DNA of 64,000 bases from Gammaproteobacteria bacterium (GTDB lineage Bacteria; Pseudomonadota; Gammaproteobacteria; Steroidobacterales; Foliamicaceae): contig JAPOWV010000004.1 of NCBI GenBank assembly GCA_026707445.1, positions 10,170-74,169 of the forward strand, given 5' to 3'. Below are positions 29,921-38,885 of this stretch, in pieces. Under the pieces are notes generated by a model that did not search any database, was not told the DNA's origin, and saw only the letters and a program-made list of their open reading frames with translations. Position 1 is the stretch's first letter; each line of letters starts with the position of its first letter. Made by a program: the position numbers and the translations under genes.

Positions 29921-30765
29921 TCGGCCGGCGTTTCGGGCAGGCGGTCCTGGTCGAAGAACTCCCGCAGCATCGCTCCGGCAATCGGTGGGTAAGCATCCAG
30001 AAACCCATGCCCCCAGCCGGGCAGGTTCACCATCCCGCCGTTACCGATCAGCTTGGGCGCGCGCAGGCTCTGTTCCCAGAGGTCGTCTTCGGGGTTCAGG
30101 ACCAGCAACGGGACCTTCAGGGCCGGCATTCTTTCCCATAAGGGATAGTTGAAGGCGGCCCGGTGGCCCCACCAGTACTTGTCGCCGCCGCGCAGGGACT
30201 CGGTGAAGATGGCCGCGGACTTTTCAAGCGAGTGGTGCTGCATGTGCCAACGGACGAATCCCTTCCAGCGCCTGACCAGGTGTGATCCGTCCTCCGCGAT
30301 TGGCTTGGCAGCGTAGAGGCTCCTGTGCTCCTCGAGCTCCTCTTTGGTGAACAGCGGCGCCGAGATCATAACGACGTGGCGCACCTGCTCGGGCCTTCGC
30401 AGCCCCAGTTCTACCGCCGTCTTGGAGCCCGTGTGGTAACCCACGAGATCGATTTCCTCCAGACCCAACTGTTCCACGACCGCCTCCATGGCGTCGGCAT
30501 AGTCCTCGATCTCAGGCGGCTCGGACGGCGCATCCGAAGCGCCGAAACCCGGCGTGTCGGGCGCCACGGCGAGCCGGTCGCGCGCCAGTTCGCTCAGCAG
30601 GCTCTCGTAAACGAGGCCGGAATTCGGACTCATGTGAAAGCAGAGCACCGCACGGCCGGAGGCGCCCGATGCGGGTTCGGCCACGCGCAGGTGCACCTGC
30701 CCGTGCGGTCCATCAACGTAGATCTTGCGAATCATTCTGTAAGTCTCCTGGACAGGGAATTGCAA
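29911..30765 (-). CDS. Alpha/beta-fold hydrolase
   Basis: 284 aa with the typical layout (..LCFHMSPNSG.., ..LVGYHTGSKTAVEL.., ..GHGFLD..). Substrate unknown. Confidence 0.6.
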   Translation of the reverse strand: MQFPVQETYRMIRKIYVDGPHGQVHLRVAEPASGASGRAVLCFHMSPNSGLVYESLLSELARDRLAVAPDTPGFGASDAPSEPPEIEDYADAMEAVVEQLGLEEIDLVGYHTGSKTAVELGLRRPEQVRHVVMISAPLFTKEELEEHRSLYAAKPIAEDGSHLVRRWKGFVRWHMQHHSLEKSAAIFTESLRGGDKYWWGHRAAFNYPLWERMPALKVPLLVLNPEDDLWEQSLRAPKLIGNGGMVNLPGWGHGFLDAYPPIAGAMLREFFDQDRLPETPAECG

Positions 30766-31077
30766 CTACGCCGGGGCGTTTACTAACGGGTAGCAAAGAT
30801 CACCCCAGTCCTCATCGTCTTCGCATAGCTCGGCCCGCTGCAGCCAACTCAGCGCCCGATGAATGCGCAGACCAAGGCGGTCGGAGCGATCCCGCGTGAT
30901 GCGCTCGGCCCGCTCCATCGGCGCAGCGTGATCGAAGCGCATGGCCTGCTCCTCGTCCTCCTGCTGCCGCAGGGCGATTCCCGCCTCCGTTGCGTCGTGC
31001 ACGACTGCCGGGTTTATCCGCCCCTTGGGGAGCGTTGAGGGATCAGCGGGATCAATCCTGATGCGCATTTCGCTCAT
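30766..31077 (-). pseudogene. Probable chimeric gene remnant (antitoxin-like N-terminal motif fused to the first helix of a HEPN-like protein)
   Basis: 103-aa ORF. DPADPSTLPKGRINPAVVHDATEAGIALRQQEDE resembles N-termini of BrnA/DUF4415-type antitoxins. SDRLGLRIHRALSWLQRAELCEDDEDW resembles the start of a HEPN-type family, then ends abruptly (GDLCYPLVNAPA*) against the next gene. Both similarities are from memory only. Confidence 0.3.
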
Positions 31078-31229
31078 GGTATCCGACCTCTTTCGCGTTG
31101 GCCTCGCGGGCCGAAATGATAGTGCCCTGGGTCAATCGTCCCTGTTTTGGCCCTGGTGTGCGGGGACGTGTGATTTAGCGGCGCGGCGAATAGAAAAAGA
31201 GAGGCTGGTATCCGTGCGAGAATGAGCGC

Positions 31230-31303
31230 GAAGCTGCCGAGGTTGGTTCCTAGCCCTGCCTTGTCAACCGGGTGCTGCGGGTTCGATTCCCGCCGGCAGC
31301 TTC
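31230..31303 (+). pseudogene. tRNA-like element / decayed tRNA (possible island attachment-site remnant)
   Basis: Canonical T-arm GCGGG-TTCGATT-CCCGC (31278-31294). Terminal helix GAAGCTGCCG (31230-39) pairs with CGGCAGCTTC (31294-31303), 10 bp. Only 37 nt lie between the acceptor and T-stem, and no canonical D or anticodon arm folds. CCTGCCTTGTCAAC resembles a tRNA-Asp (GUC) anticodon arm with indels. No CCA end. Confidence 0.4.
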
Positions 31304-31354
31304 CTGCTCGCCGCCAATTATAGCCTCATTTCCGTATAGGATTACGCTCGCTTC

Positions 31355-31564
31355 ATGTCATCCGATTTGAACGATCCGGTTGGAGCGCTTGCCGCATTGC
31401 TGCCAGATTCGCCGCGGCAAAACCTTCGTCAGCCGATCTCGACCGCTCCGAGGACGAGATCATGCGGGATACGATCGGCGACATTGCCGAATCTCGCCGT
31501 GAACGCCGCCACGGCGAGCGATGAGGAACGGTATTTGGCGCGCTTGCGGAAAGAAACATCGTGA
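31355..31564 (+). CDS. Hypothetical small ORF (69 aa) whose stop overlaps the R-M gene start
   Basis: Its TGA overlaps the GTG start of the type IIG gene (GTGA at 31561-31564). No recognisable domain, and composition is not clearly coding. Confidence 0.2.
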   Translation: MSSDLNDPVGALAALLPDSPRQNLRQPISTAPRTRSCGIRSATLPNLAVNAATASDEERYLARLRKETS

Positions 31565-34500
31565 ATTTATTCAACCAAAAGACCCTCGACCGCCAAATCA
31601 CAGGCGCGTTAACCATCCCACCGGATCATCTGTCCCTCTTGGGAGATTGGGCGGAAATGATCAAGACGAAGCGCATCTACTCGTTCAAGGAAACGTCGCT
31701 GCATCCCGATTTCAAGCCCAGGATCGTGGAGGGCGTGTTGGGATACCACGGACCCACCCACGGGCCGGTTTATACAGTCGAGGCAGAACAGGGAATTCTG
31801 CAAGGGAGCGTAGATTTGGCGCTCGGCAGATTTGGCGATGGCCCGCCCGAAATTCTTGCTCCTTTCGAGTTGAAGGGTGCGGGCACTCGTAATCTCGATG
31901 CCATCATGCCTGGCCGAAACAAGAGCCCCGTGCAGCAGGCTTGGGAATACGCAACGAATGTGCCTGGCGTGAAGTGGGTTCTGGTTTCGAATTATGTTGA
32001 GTTGCGGCTTTATGCGTTTGGCGAAGGGACAACCGCGTATGAAGCTTTTTGGTTTGAACGTCTGACCGAGCCGAAAGAATACGCCCGGTTCATGCTTCTC
32101 TTGTCGGCAGATAGTCTGCTGAAAGGACGCACTCTTGATTTGTTGAAAGCGAGCCGTCGCGAAGACAGGGATATTACCGACAGCCTTTACGGTGACTACA
32201 AGGAACTGCGTTCTTTCCTGATCGGAGCGGTTCGCGAGTTAAATACGGGAGTTCGGGAGGCGGATGCGACCATTGAAGAGCTTGAAGCTATTGCTGTCGC
32301 ACAAAAGATTCTCGACCGCATTCTGTTTATCGCGTTCGCAGAAGACACTGGTCTCCTTCCCCGCGAAACCCTCAGTAACGCTTTCCAAAGTCGCGATCCC
32401 TACAACCCTCGACCTGTTTGGAATAACTTCCGTGGTCTGTTCCGGGCAGTTAATGAGGGCAACAAAGAACTGCGCATTCCACCATACAACGGCGGATTGT
32501 TCCTTCCCAATGAAAACATTGATGATTTGAACTTGCCGGACGAAGTCTGCGAAGGATTCAAAGCGATCGGTGACTATGATTTTGCGTCGGAAGTGTCTGT
32601 CACCGTGCTTGGCCACATTTTCGAACAGTCCATAGCGGACATTGAGCGTCTTCAAGCGGTCGCCCGGGGCGAAGAAGAAGATCCAGAAAAAACAACGGCG
32701 ATATCCGGACGCCGCAAGCGCGATGGGGTCGTGTACACGCCTGACTACATTGCCCGGTTTATCGTCGAGGAGACACTTGGTGCTCATTTGGAGGAGATCT
32801 TTGCGTCCATATTGAAACAGTTTGCTTTAGAGGGGGAAGATATATCCGATTTCTCTGTCATACGCTGGCGGCGAAAGTCGGGCGAGTTGGAAGCCTGGGA
32901 AGCCTACCGCGAACGTCTGCGGTCACTGCGAATTGTGGATCCGGCATGCGGTTCCGGGGTGTTTCTAGTAATGGCCTTCGACTATATGAAGCACGAACTT
33001 TTTCGTGTAAACGACAAGATTGCTAAGCTTGAAGGATCGCGTGGCTACACAGAAGATCTTCTCGATCCCGACAGCGAGATACTGTCGAACAATTTGTTCG
33101 GCGTGGACGTGAACTCGGAGAGCGTAGAAATTACGAAGCTATCGCTCTGGATTAAGACCGCCCGCCACGGCAAGGAACTGGATAGTCTTTCAAGGAATAT
33201 TCGGGTTGGGGATAGCCTGATTGAAAGCGCCAACTATGCTTATCTTGAGCACGGATTTGATTGGGCCACTGCCTTTCCAGAGGTAATGGGCGAAGAAGGT
33301 GGCTTCGATATTGTCATAGGAAATCCTCCCTATGTTCGCATGGAGCTACTCAAGGCGCTTAAACCTTACCTGGAAACCCGGTACGAGGTCGTTTCTGACC
33401 GAGCAGATCTTTACTGCTACTTCTACGAACGTGGGTTGAGGCTACTGAAACCTGGAGGACGGCTCGGCTACATTTCCTCAAACACTTTCTTCAAGACGCG
33501 CTCAGGCAAACCACTGCGGAAGTACCTGTTGCGGGAAGCAACCATCGAAAGTGTGGTGGATTTTGGTGATCTTCAGGTCTTTGAAGGCGTAACTACGTAC
33601 CCGGCTATTGTGGTTCTCAGACGCAGCCCCGCGCCACAGGAGCACGAGTTGCGCTTTTGGAAGGTGGTTGCTTTGCCGGAGGCCAACTTTCGCGCGACTT
33701 GGGCTAGGAGCTTGCGCCGTAGAAAATTTCGGCGCCAAAGAGGGACACAATTTGCCGACAAGATGACCTATGAACCCACCGAAACCTGTTCGTGGCATCT
33801 TTTGTGACGCTATTCCCCACGACCAATTCTCGAAAAGCGTTCTGCGGCGCAAGCTCCTAGATCGGCGGATGATTATCCGCAAGCGGTGCTTGATAAGGGT
33901 TCATGGGAACTTGAAGGCGCATCCATGCTCGCCCTGCGCAATAAGATCAGAAGCGGCAAGCCGACACTGAAAGGGGTATACGGTTTACCACTTTACGGCA
34001 TCAAGACCGGGCTTAACGCGGCCTTCGTGATCGATACCGAAATCAAGGACCGACTGTGTGCTGAAGATGCACGATCTATAGAGCTACTGAAGCCATTCCT
34101 AGAGGGTAAGGATCTTAAGCGATGGCGAGCGGAGCCGCGTGGTCGATGGCTTATCTACATTCCGAAAAATCGGGTAAATATCGACGATTATCCGGTGATT
34201 CGAGATTGGCTCCTCCCCTTCCGAGGAAGGCTAGAAAAACGCGCAACAAAGCAGAAATGGTTTGAGTTGCAACAAGCTCAAGAAGCTTATGTCCCGCATT
34301 TCAATGGTCCGAAGATTGCGTACAAAGATATTGGAAACGGTGCGCCGTTTCATGTGGATACAAGCGGAGCTTTCTTGGCAAACACCGGTTACTTCATCCC
34401 AACTGGTGAACACCACATCGCCGCCTACCTGAATTCAAGAGTCTTTTGGTTCACTTATTTGAATGTTAGTGCCCAGCTTAGGGGTGGGTATGTGCGTTTT

Positions 34501-34926
34501 TTCTCGAACCACTTGGGAGAAATGCCTATCCCGGAGCTTTCACCAACCGTCAAGGGGGAACTCTCTGACTTATCAAAGATTGTTCACCAAGATGCTGAGA
34601 AGCGCCTTATCCTGCAACGGGCCTTCATCCGCCGTATTCCCGACCTATGCCCGCCTGAGCGTCAACCAAAACTCACAAAGAAACTTAAGGAATGGTGGCG
34701 GCTTCCGGATTTCGCCGCCTTCCGTACTGAGATAAAGAAGGCATTCAAGGCGGATATTCCGCTTGCCGAGCGATCCGACTGGGAAGACTGGATCGATCGG
34801 GATCGCGCAGAGATCAATCGTCTTTCCGCCGAGGTTGCTGAAGCGGAGATGCGAATCGATCGTATCGTTTACGGCTTGTTTGATTTGACGCGTGAAGAAA
34901 TCGAGTTTCTCGAAGCATCAATCTGA
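31561..34926 (+). pseudogene. MmeI-like type IIG/IIL restriction-modification enzyme (nuclease + gamma-class N6-adenine methyltransferase + TaqI-C-like specificity domain), interrupted by a MITE
   Basis: N-terminal PD-(D/E)xK-like VDLALG..PFELKGAG..SPVQQAWEYA..WVLVSNYVELRLY. Methyltransferase motif I IVDPACGSGVFLV and motif IV VIGNPPYV. C-terminal half (ORF 33886-34926) ..YGIKTGLNAAFVID.. ..IDRIVYGLFDLTREEIEFLE. The first ORF ends at a stop inside the insertion (33805-33807). Both ORFs are in the same frame, and removing 153 nt gives one 1070-aa protein. Confidence 0.85.
33704..33860 (+). mobile_element. 157-bp MITE (copy 1) inserted in the type IIG R-M gene
   Basis: Perfect 16-bp terminal inverted repeats CTAGGAGCTTGCGCCG (33704-19) / CGGCGCAAGCTCCTAG (33845-60). 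No coding capacity. A second copy lies at 39801-39957 in the opposite orientation. Ends are consistent with a CTAG target (TA or CTAG duplication), as in the IS630 or IS5 families. Confidence 0.85.
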
Positions 34927-34937
34927 ACTCGCCGCCT

Positions 34938-34958
34938 CGGCTTTGCTGTGCAAAGCCG
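34938..34958. terminator. Hairpin between convergent R-M gene and ppk2 (possible bidirectional terminator)
   Basis: CGGCTTTGC-TGT-GCAAAGCCG, 9-bp stem, followed by GTTT. The U-tract is weak. Confidence 0.4.
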
Positions 34959-34965
34959 GTTTGGG

Positions 34966-35934
34966 CTACGCGGAATCCATCGGGGTTTCGCCGTCCACGA
35001 CGCGCCTGGCCGGGCCGGCTATCAGCGCATCGGGGCCGCGGACGACCTCCCGGTCCTTGTCGGGATACGGCAGCTTCATGAGGAAATGCTGTAAAGCAGC
35101 GATACGGGCGCGTTTCTTGTCGTCGGACTTGATGACCGTCCAGGGCGCATCGGCTGTATCCGTATAGAAGAACATCGCCTCCTTCGCTTCCGTATAGTCC
35201 TCCCACTTGTCCAGCGATGCAAGATCGATCGGCGAGATCTTCCACTGTTTCAGAGGGTCGGTCCGGCGGCTGTCGAACCTGTGCGCCTGCTCCTCCTGAG
35301 AGACGGAAAAGTAGAACTTGAAAAGGTGAATGCCGCTGTTCACCAGCATGCGCTCCAGGTTCGGACACTGGCGCATGAATTCGAGATATTCCGCCCGCGT
35401 GCAGAAGCCCATCACCCGTTCCACGCCGGCGCGGTTGTACCAGGAGCGGTCGAACAGCACGATCTCCCCTTCAGCGGGGAGATGTTCGATATAGCGCTGG
35501 AAGTACCACTGGCCGCGCTCCCGGTCGTTGGGTTTCTCCAGGGCCACGACGCGTGCGCCGCGCGGATTCAGATGCTCCATGAAGCGCTTTATCGTCCCGC
35601 CTTTGCCGGCCGCGTCGCGTCCCTCGCACAGGACCAGCACCTTTGCGCCCGATTCCTTGATCCACCGTTGGGCCTTGAGCAATTCGACCTGCAGCGAGGC
35701 TTTGTGCCGTTCGTATTCCTTGCGCCGCATCTTGTCGGAATAGGGATAGACGCCCTCCTGGAATACGCGCTTGATGGCGTCGGCGGAATGCGGAGCGTTC
35801 GGGAGGCCGAGGTTCCCCTGCGCCACGCGCGCCTCTTCCTCAGCAGCGTCCGGCTGCTCCGGGCGCGGCTTCGCGCCTGCCCTGCGGGCGGCCTGATCGC
35901 GCCCGTTGCCCTTTACGCCGACCTCCCGGCTCAT
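34966..35934 (-). CDS. ppk2: Polyphosphate kinase 2 (PPK2) family protein
   Basis: YERHKASLQVELLKAQRWIKESGAKVLVLCEGRDAAGKGGTIKRFMEHLNPRGARVVAL (Walker A-like GRDAAGKGG), ..WYFQRY..LPA.GEIVLFDRSWYNRAGVERVMGF.. Confidence 0.9.
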   Translation of the reverse strand: MSREVGVKGNGRDQAARRAGAKPRPEQPDAAEEEARVAQGNLGLPNAPHSADAIKRVFQEGVYPYSDKMRRKEYERHKASLQVELLKAQRWIKESGAKVLVLCEGRDAAGKGGTIKRFMEHLNPRGARVVALEKPNDRERGQWYFQRYIEHLPAEGEIVLFDRSWYNRAGVERVMGFCTRAEYLEFMRQCPNLERMLVNSGIHLFKFYFSVSQEEQAHRFDSRRTDPLKQWKISPIDLASLDKWEDYTEAKEAMFFYTDTADAPWTVIKSDDKKRARIAALQHFLMKLPYPDKDREVVRGPDALIAGPARRVVDGETPMDSA

Positions 35935-36074
35935 GACCTACCTCTGATGAGAACGGTCGCCCGATTATAGAAGAAGGGGGGCGCAAGCCTGCTTGCATCG
36001 GCTGCCGGTCGCAAGGAGAGTGGACTCTTGGGATACGATTCGGTGTTGAGCGAATAGGGCATGAGGCAATAGAA

Positions 36075-37181
36075 ATGAACCGGTTGACCATGAGGCTGCG
36101 GGCGTTGTTGCTGGGCGCGGCGCTGCTTTCAGTACACGGGTGGGCCCAGCCGAGCCTGGATGATTTCCGGTCCCCGGAAGCTCCCTGCCATGACCGCAGC
36201 CGCGGTCCGCAGACCGCGGTGGTCGATACCCACGTGCACTTCCGGCCGTTCGGCGGGCCTGCCGTTTCTTTTGAAGACATGGTTGATTTTCTGGATCGAT
36301 CGGGGGTTCGGTTCGCCAACGTATACGGCATCGGGCAGATGCTGCCGGTGGGCTCGCCGTGCACCTACTACCTCGATTGTCCGGGCGTTCCGGTGCTGCC
36401 CACGCTCAAGAACGACTTCGTGAACGCGGCGAACTTCATGTCGAATCGGCCGGAGAACGCGCACCTGACCTTGTCCATGACCTTTCCCGATCTTGCGCGT
36501 CCCGAAATGGTGCTAGCCCGCATGGATCTGCTCGACCGGGAGTTTCCCGGCGTGTTCCGCTGGATGGGGGAGGTCAACCTGGTGAAGCAGGCGTTGTTTT
36601 CGAACGCGCACCGGGCGGTTCCGCTTGAAGTGATCGCCGCCTGGGAGCCCTTCATGAAGAGGCTCCGGGAACGCAACATTCCGTTTGCGGTCCATTCGGA
36701 CCTGGGTCACGATGGCCAGCCCATGCAATATCTTCCCTGGATTGAGGAGGTGCTCAGGCTGTATCCGGACAATCCGATCGTGTGGATGCACCTGGGCCTG
36801 TCGCGCGAACTGACCCGGATCGACCCGGGACTGCATCTTGGAGTGTTGCGGCGGCTGCTCGATCGCTATCCCGCGCTGATGGTGGACATTTCCTGGCGGG
36901 TCATCCACGACAACGTCTTTTCCCGGCCCGAATTACGGGCCGCTTACCTGCCGTTCATGGAAGAATATTCCGCCCGCATCCTCCCCGGTTCGGATTTTCT
37001 GGCATCGGCAGACAAGAGTTTCGATGTCTATTCGGAGGAGCTGCGCCTGACCAGCGACATCCTGGCCGACCTGAGCGACGAGGCATTCCGCAATATCGCG
37101 CTGGGTGAAAACTACTTCCGCCTCCTCAGGCTCGACTACAGCGCGCCCGAAATCTGCTCGGCCGAGCCCTCCGCGGAATAA
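36075..37181 (+). CDS. Secreted amidohydrolase-family (TIM-barrel metal-dependent hydrolase) protein
   Basis: Signal peptide MRLRALLLGAALLSVHGWAQP; metal-binding VVDTHVHFRPFGG; later ..FAVHSDLGHD.. and ..IVWMHLG. Confidence 0.55.
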   Translation: MNRLTMRLRALLLGAALLSVHGWAQPSLDDFRSPEAPCHDRSRGPQTAVVDTHVHFRPFGGPAVSFEDMVDFLDRSGVRFANVYGIGQMLPVGSPCTYYLDCPGVPVLPTLKNDFVNAANFMSNRPENAHLTLSMTFPDLARPEMVLARMDLLDREFPGVFRWMGEVNLVKQALFSNAHRAVPLEVIAAWEPFMKRLRERNIPFAVHSDLGHDGQPMQYLPWIEEVLRLYPDNPIVWMHLGLSRELTRIDPGLHLGVLRRLLDRYPALMVDISWRVIHDNVFSRPELRAAYLPFMEEYSARILPGSDFLASADKSFDVYSEELRLTSDILADLSDEAFRNIALGENYFRLLRLDYSAPEICSAEPSAE

Positions 37182-37207
37182 GCACGCGAACGCAAGTCCT
37201 GACCGCC

Positions 37208-38317
37208 GTGACTATCAGCTTGGGCTCGCGGGCATGGTGGCTGGGCCTGGCGCTGGCCGTTGCGGTTGCAGTCGTGGCCAGCTACTCGGCCGAATGGATC
37301 GGCGAGTCGGTGTTCGGTTTGGCCAGGAGCCCGGTGAGCGCGATCATGCTGGCCATCATTCTGGGCATGGTCCTGTCCAACTCGCTGAACCTGGCGCCTC
37401 TAGCCGCCGACGGACTCAAGTTCTGTTCCACGACCATTCTGCGCATTGGCATCGCCCTGCTCGGAATTCGCCTGAGTCTGTTGAGCGCCGGCAAGTTCAC
37501 GCTGGTCGCCTTGCCCTTCGTGATCCTGGCGATCGCCGCCGGCATGACGGTCGTTGGGTTTCTGGGCCGCAAATTGGGACTGTCGCGGCGGCTGGGAGGA
37601 CTGATCGCTATCGGGACCAGCATCTGCGGCGCCAGCGCCATCGTGGCTACCGCGCCGTTGATCCGCGCCCGGGAATCCGAAGTCAGTTATGCGATTGCCT
37701 GCATAACCGTTTTCGGAATTGCCGCGATGTTTCTCTATCCGATATTGGCGCATGGCTTCTTCGAGAATCGCCCTGAACTCGCCGGTCTCTTTCTCGGCAC
37801 GTCGATTCACGAGACGGCGCAGGTGGCCGGCGCCGGAATGATGTACCAGGCGCAGTACGACGCTCCGGTGGCGCTCGACATCGCAACGGTGACCAAGCTC
37901 GTTCGCAACCTGTGCATGATCGCGATGATCCCCCTGGTCGGCATACTCTTCGGCGCCGAGCGCGGGACGGGAGGCGGTCGGACTGCGGGGGACTACCTGA
38001 GAATGGTTCCGTGGTTCGTGGTGGGATTCGCCGTCTGTTCGACGTTGCGGACCGCGGGTGACGCCGGAGACCAGGCGTTCGGCTTTATCGACCCGAACGG
38101 TTGGCAGCAAATCGTGTCTCTGCTCCGGCGCGCGGCCGAAATCTGCCTGCTTGTGGCAATGGCCGCAGTCGGCCTGAACTCCAGCTTTGCCGGGATTCGC
38201 AGCATCGGCTTGCGGCCGTTCCTTCTCGGACTGTTTGCGGCCGCCGCGGTGGGCGGGGTCAGTTTCCTGATGATTTCGCTGCTCGCGCCGACGCTGCTGA
38301 ACATGACCGGCAACTGA
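37208..38317 (+). CDS. yeiH: YeiH/UPF0324-family membrane protein (putative sulfate-exporter-family transporter)
   Basis: ~10 TM segments. Motifs ..SAIMLAIILGMVLSN.., ..LLRIGIALLGIRLSL.. and ..IGTSICGASAIVATAP..HETAQVAGAG match UPF0324. GTG start. Confidence 0.7.
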   Translation: MTISLGSRAWWLGLALAVAVAVVASYSAEWIGESVFGLARSPVSAIMLAIILGMVLSNSLNLAPLAADGLKFCSTTILRIGIALLGIRLSLLSAGKFTLVALPFVILAIAAGMTVVGFLGRKLGLSRRLGGLIAIGTSICGASAIVATAPLIRARESEVSYAIACITVFGIAAMFLYPILAHGFFENRPELAGLFLGTSIHETAQVAGAGMMYQAQYDAPVALDIATVTKLVRNLCMIAMIPLVGILFGAERGTGGGRTAGDYLRMVPWFVVGFAVCSTLRTAGDAGDQAFGFIDPNGWQQIVSLLRRAAEICLLVAMAAVGLNSSFAGIRSIGLRPFLLGLFAAAAVGGVSFLMISLLAPTLLNMTGN

Positions 38318-38405
38318 TCCGGCAGGGAACGTGATCCGCAGGAGCGGCCGGACGGATGTCCCCGCGTGCCGGCTGTTGGATTGCGCGCCGGCCGGCGCCG
38401 GAAAA

Positions 38406-38621
38406 TCAGGCGTTCAGATCCGGAATCTGTTCACTCTCCAGGCGCGTGATCATGTCCTTCAGGCGCAATTTGCGCTTCTTCATACGTTTCAGCATGAATT
38501 GATCGGCGCTCGCATGTTTTGACATTTCCGCGATGGCGAGATCCAGATCCCTGTGCTCGTCCCTGAGTTGCTTGATTCTTTCCCGATTGGCAAAAACCTG
38601 TGTTTCGACGTTTGAATTCAT
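38406..38621 (-). CDS. DUF465 (YdcH-like) small protein
   Basis: 71 aa from the ATG at 38621: ..RIKQLRDEHRDLDLAIAEMSKHASADQFMLKRMKKRKLRLKDMITRLES is the DUF465 coiled-coil pattern. The longer listed ORF (to 38933) is not supported. Confidence 0.7.
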   Translation of the reverse strand: MNSNVETQVFANRERIKQLRDEHRDLDLAIAEMSKHASADQFMLKRMKKRKLRLKDMITRLESEQIPDLNA

Positions 38622-38739
38622 CTGGCCTTGAATGCAATGGCGCAGGCGCTCCGAAATCCGCTCCCGGCTTCCTGCCCCGCCTACCCTGCATTGTAGCGCG
38701 CCGCTGCCCACTTGCAACGCAGAGGATTGAATCTTCAAC

Positions 38740-38766
38740 GCAACGGTCGATGTGCAACGGTCGATG
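38740..38766. repeat. Tandem direct repeat, 2 x 13 nt (GCAACGGTCGATG) with 1-nt spacer
   Basis: Copies at 38740-38752 and 38754-38766, about 120 nt upstream of the T5orf172 gene ATG. Confidence 0.8.
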
Positions 38767-38885
38767 ATGGCCTCCCGGGCAGGTGACCATACAATAGCAG
38801 CAGCTACGGGGGTGCTGGCGCTTAAGTTTCGACCTTTAGCCCTTAAAGAACGGTGCCGCTGGCACGCAACCAAGAGAAGAAGTTC

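Noticed and set aside
33502-33970. ORFs 33502-33882 (-), 33573-33761 (-) and 33770-33970 (+)
   Set aside because: They run through the MITE and the disrupted R-M gene, have no motifs, and are explained by the insertion.
31306-34936. 9-bp direct repeat CTCGCCGCC at both edges of the low-GC R-M block (31306-14 and 34928-36) as possible att duplication
   Set aside because: The same GC-rich 9-mer occurs elsewhere in the window (e.g. near 57201). It is too short and too common in this genome to count as evidence.
38385-38398. Perfect 14-nt GC palindrome GCGCCGGCCGGCGC between convergent yeiH and the DUF465 gene, as a terminator
   Set aside because: It has no loop and only a weak A/T tract (GGAAAATC), so I cannot distinguish it from chance GC-rich symmetry.
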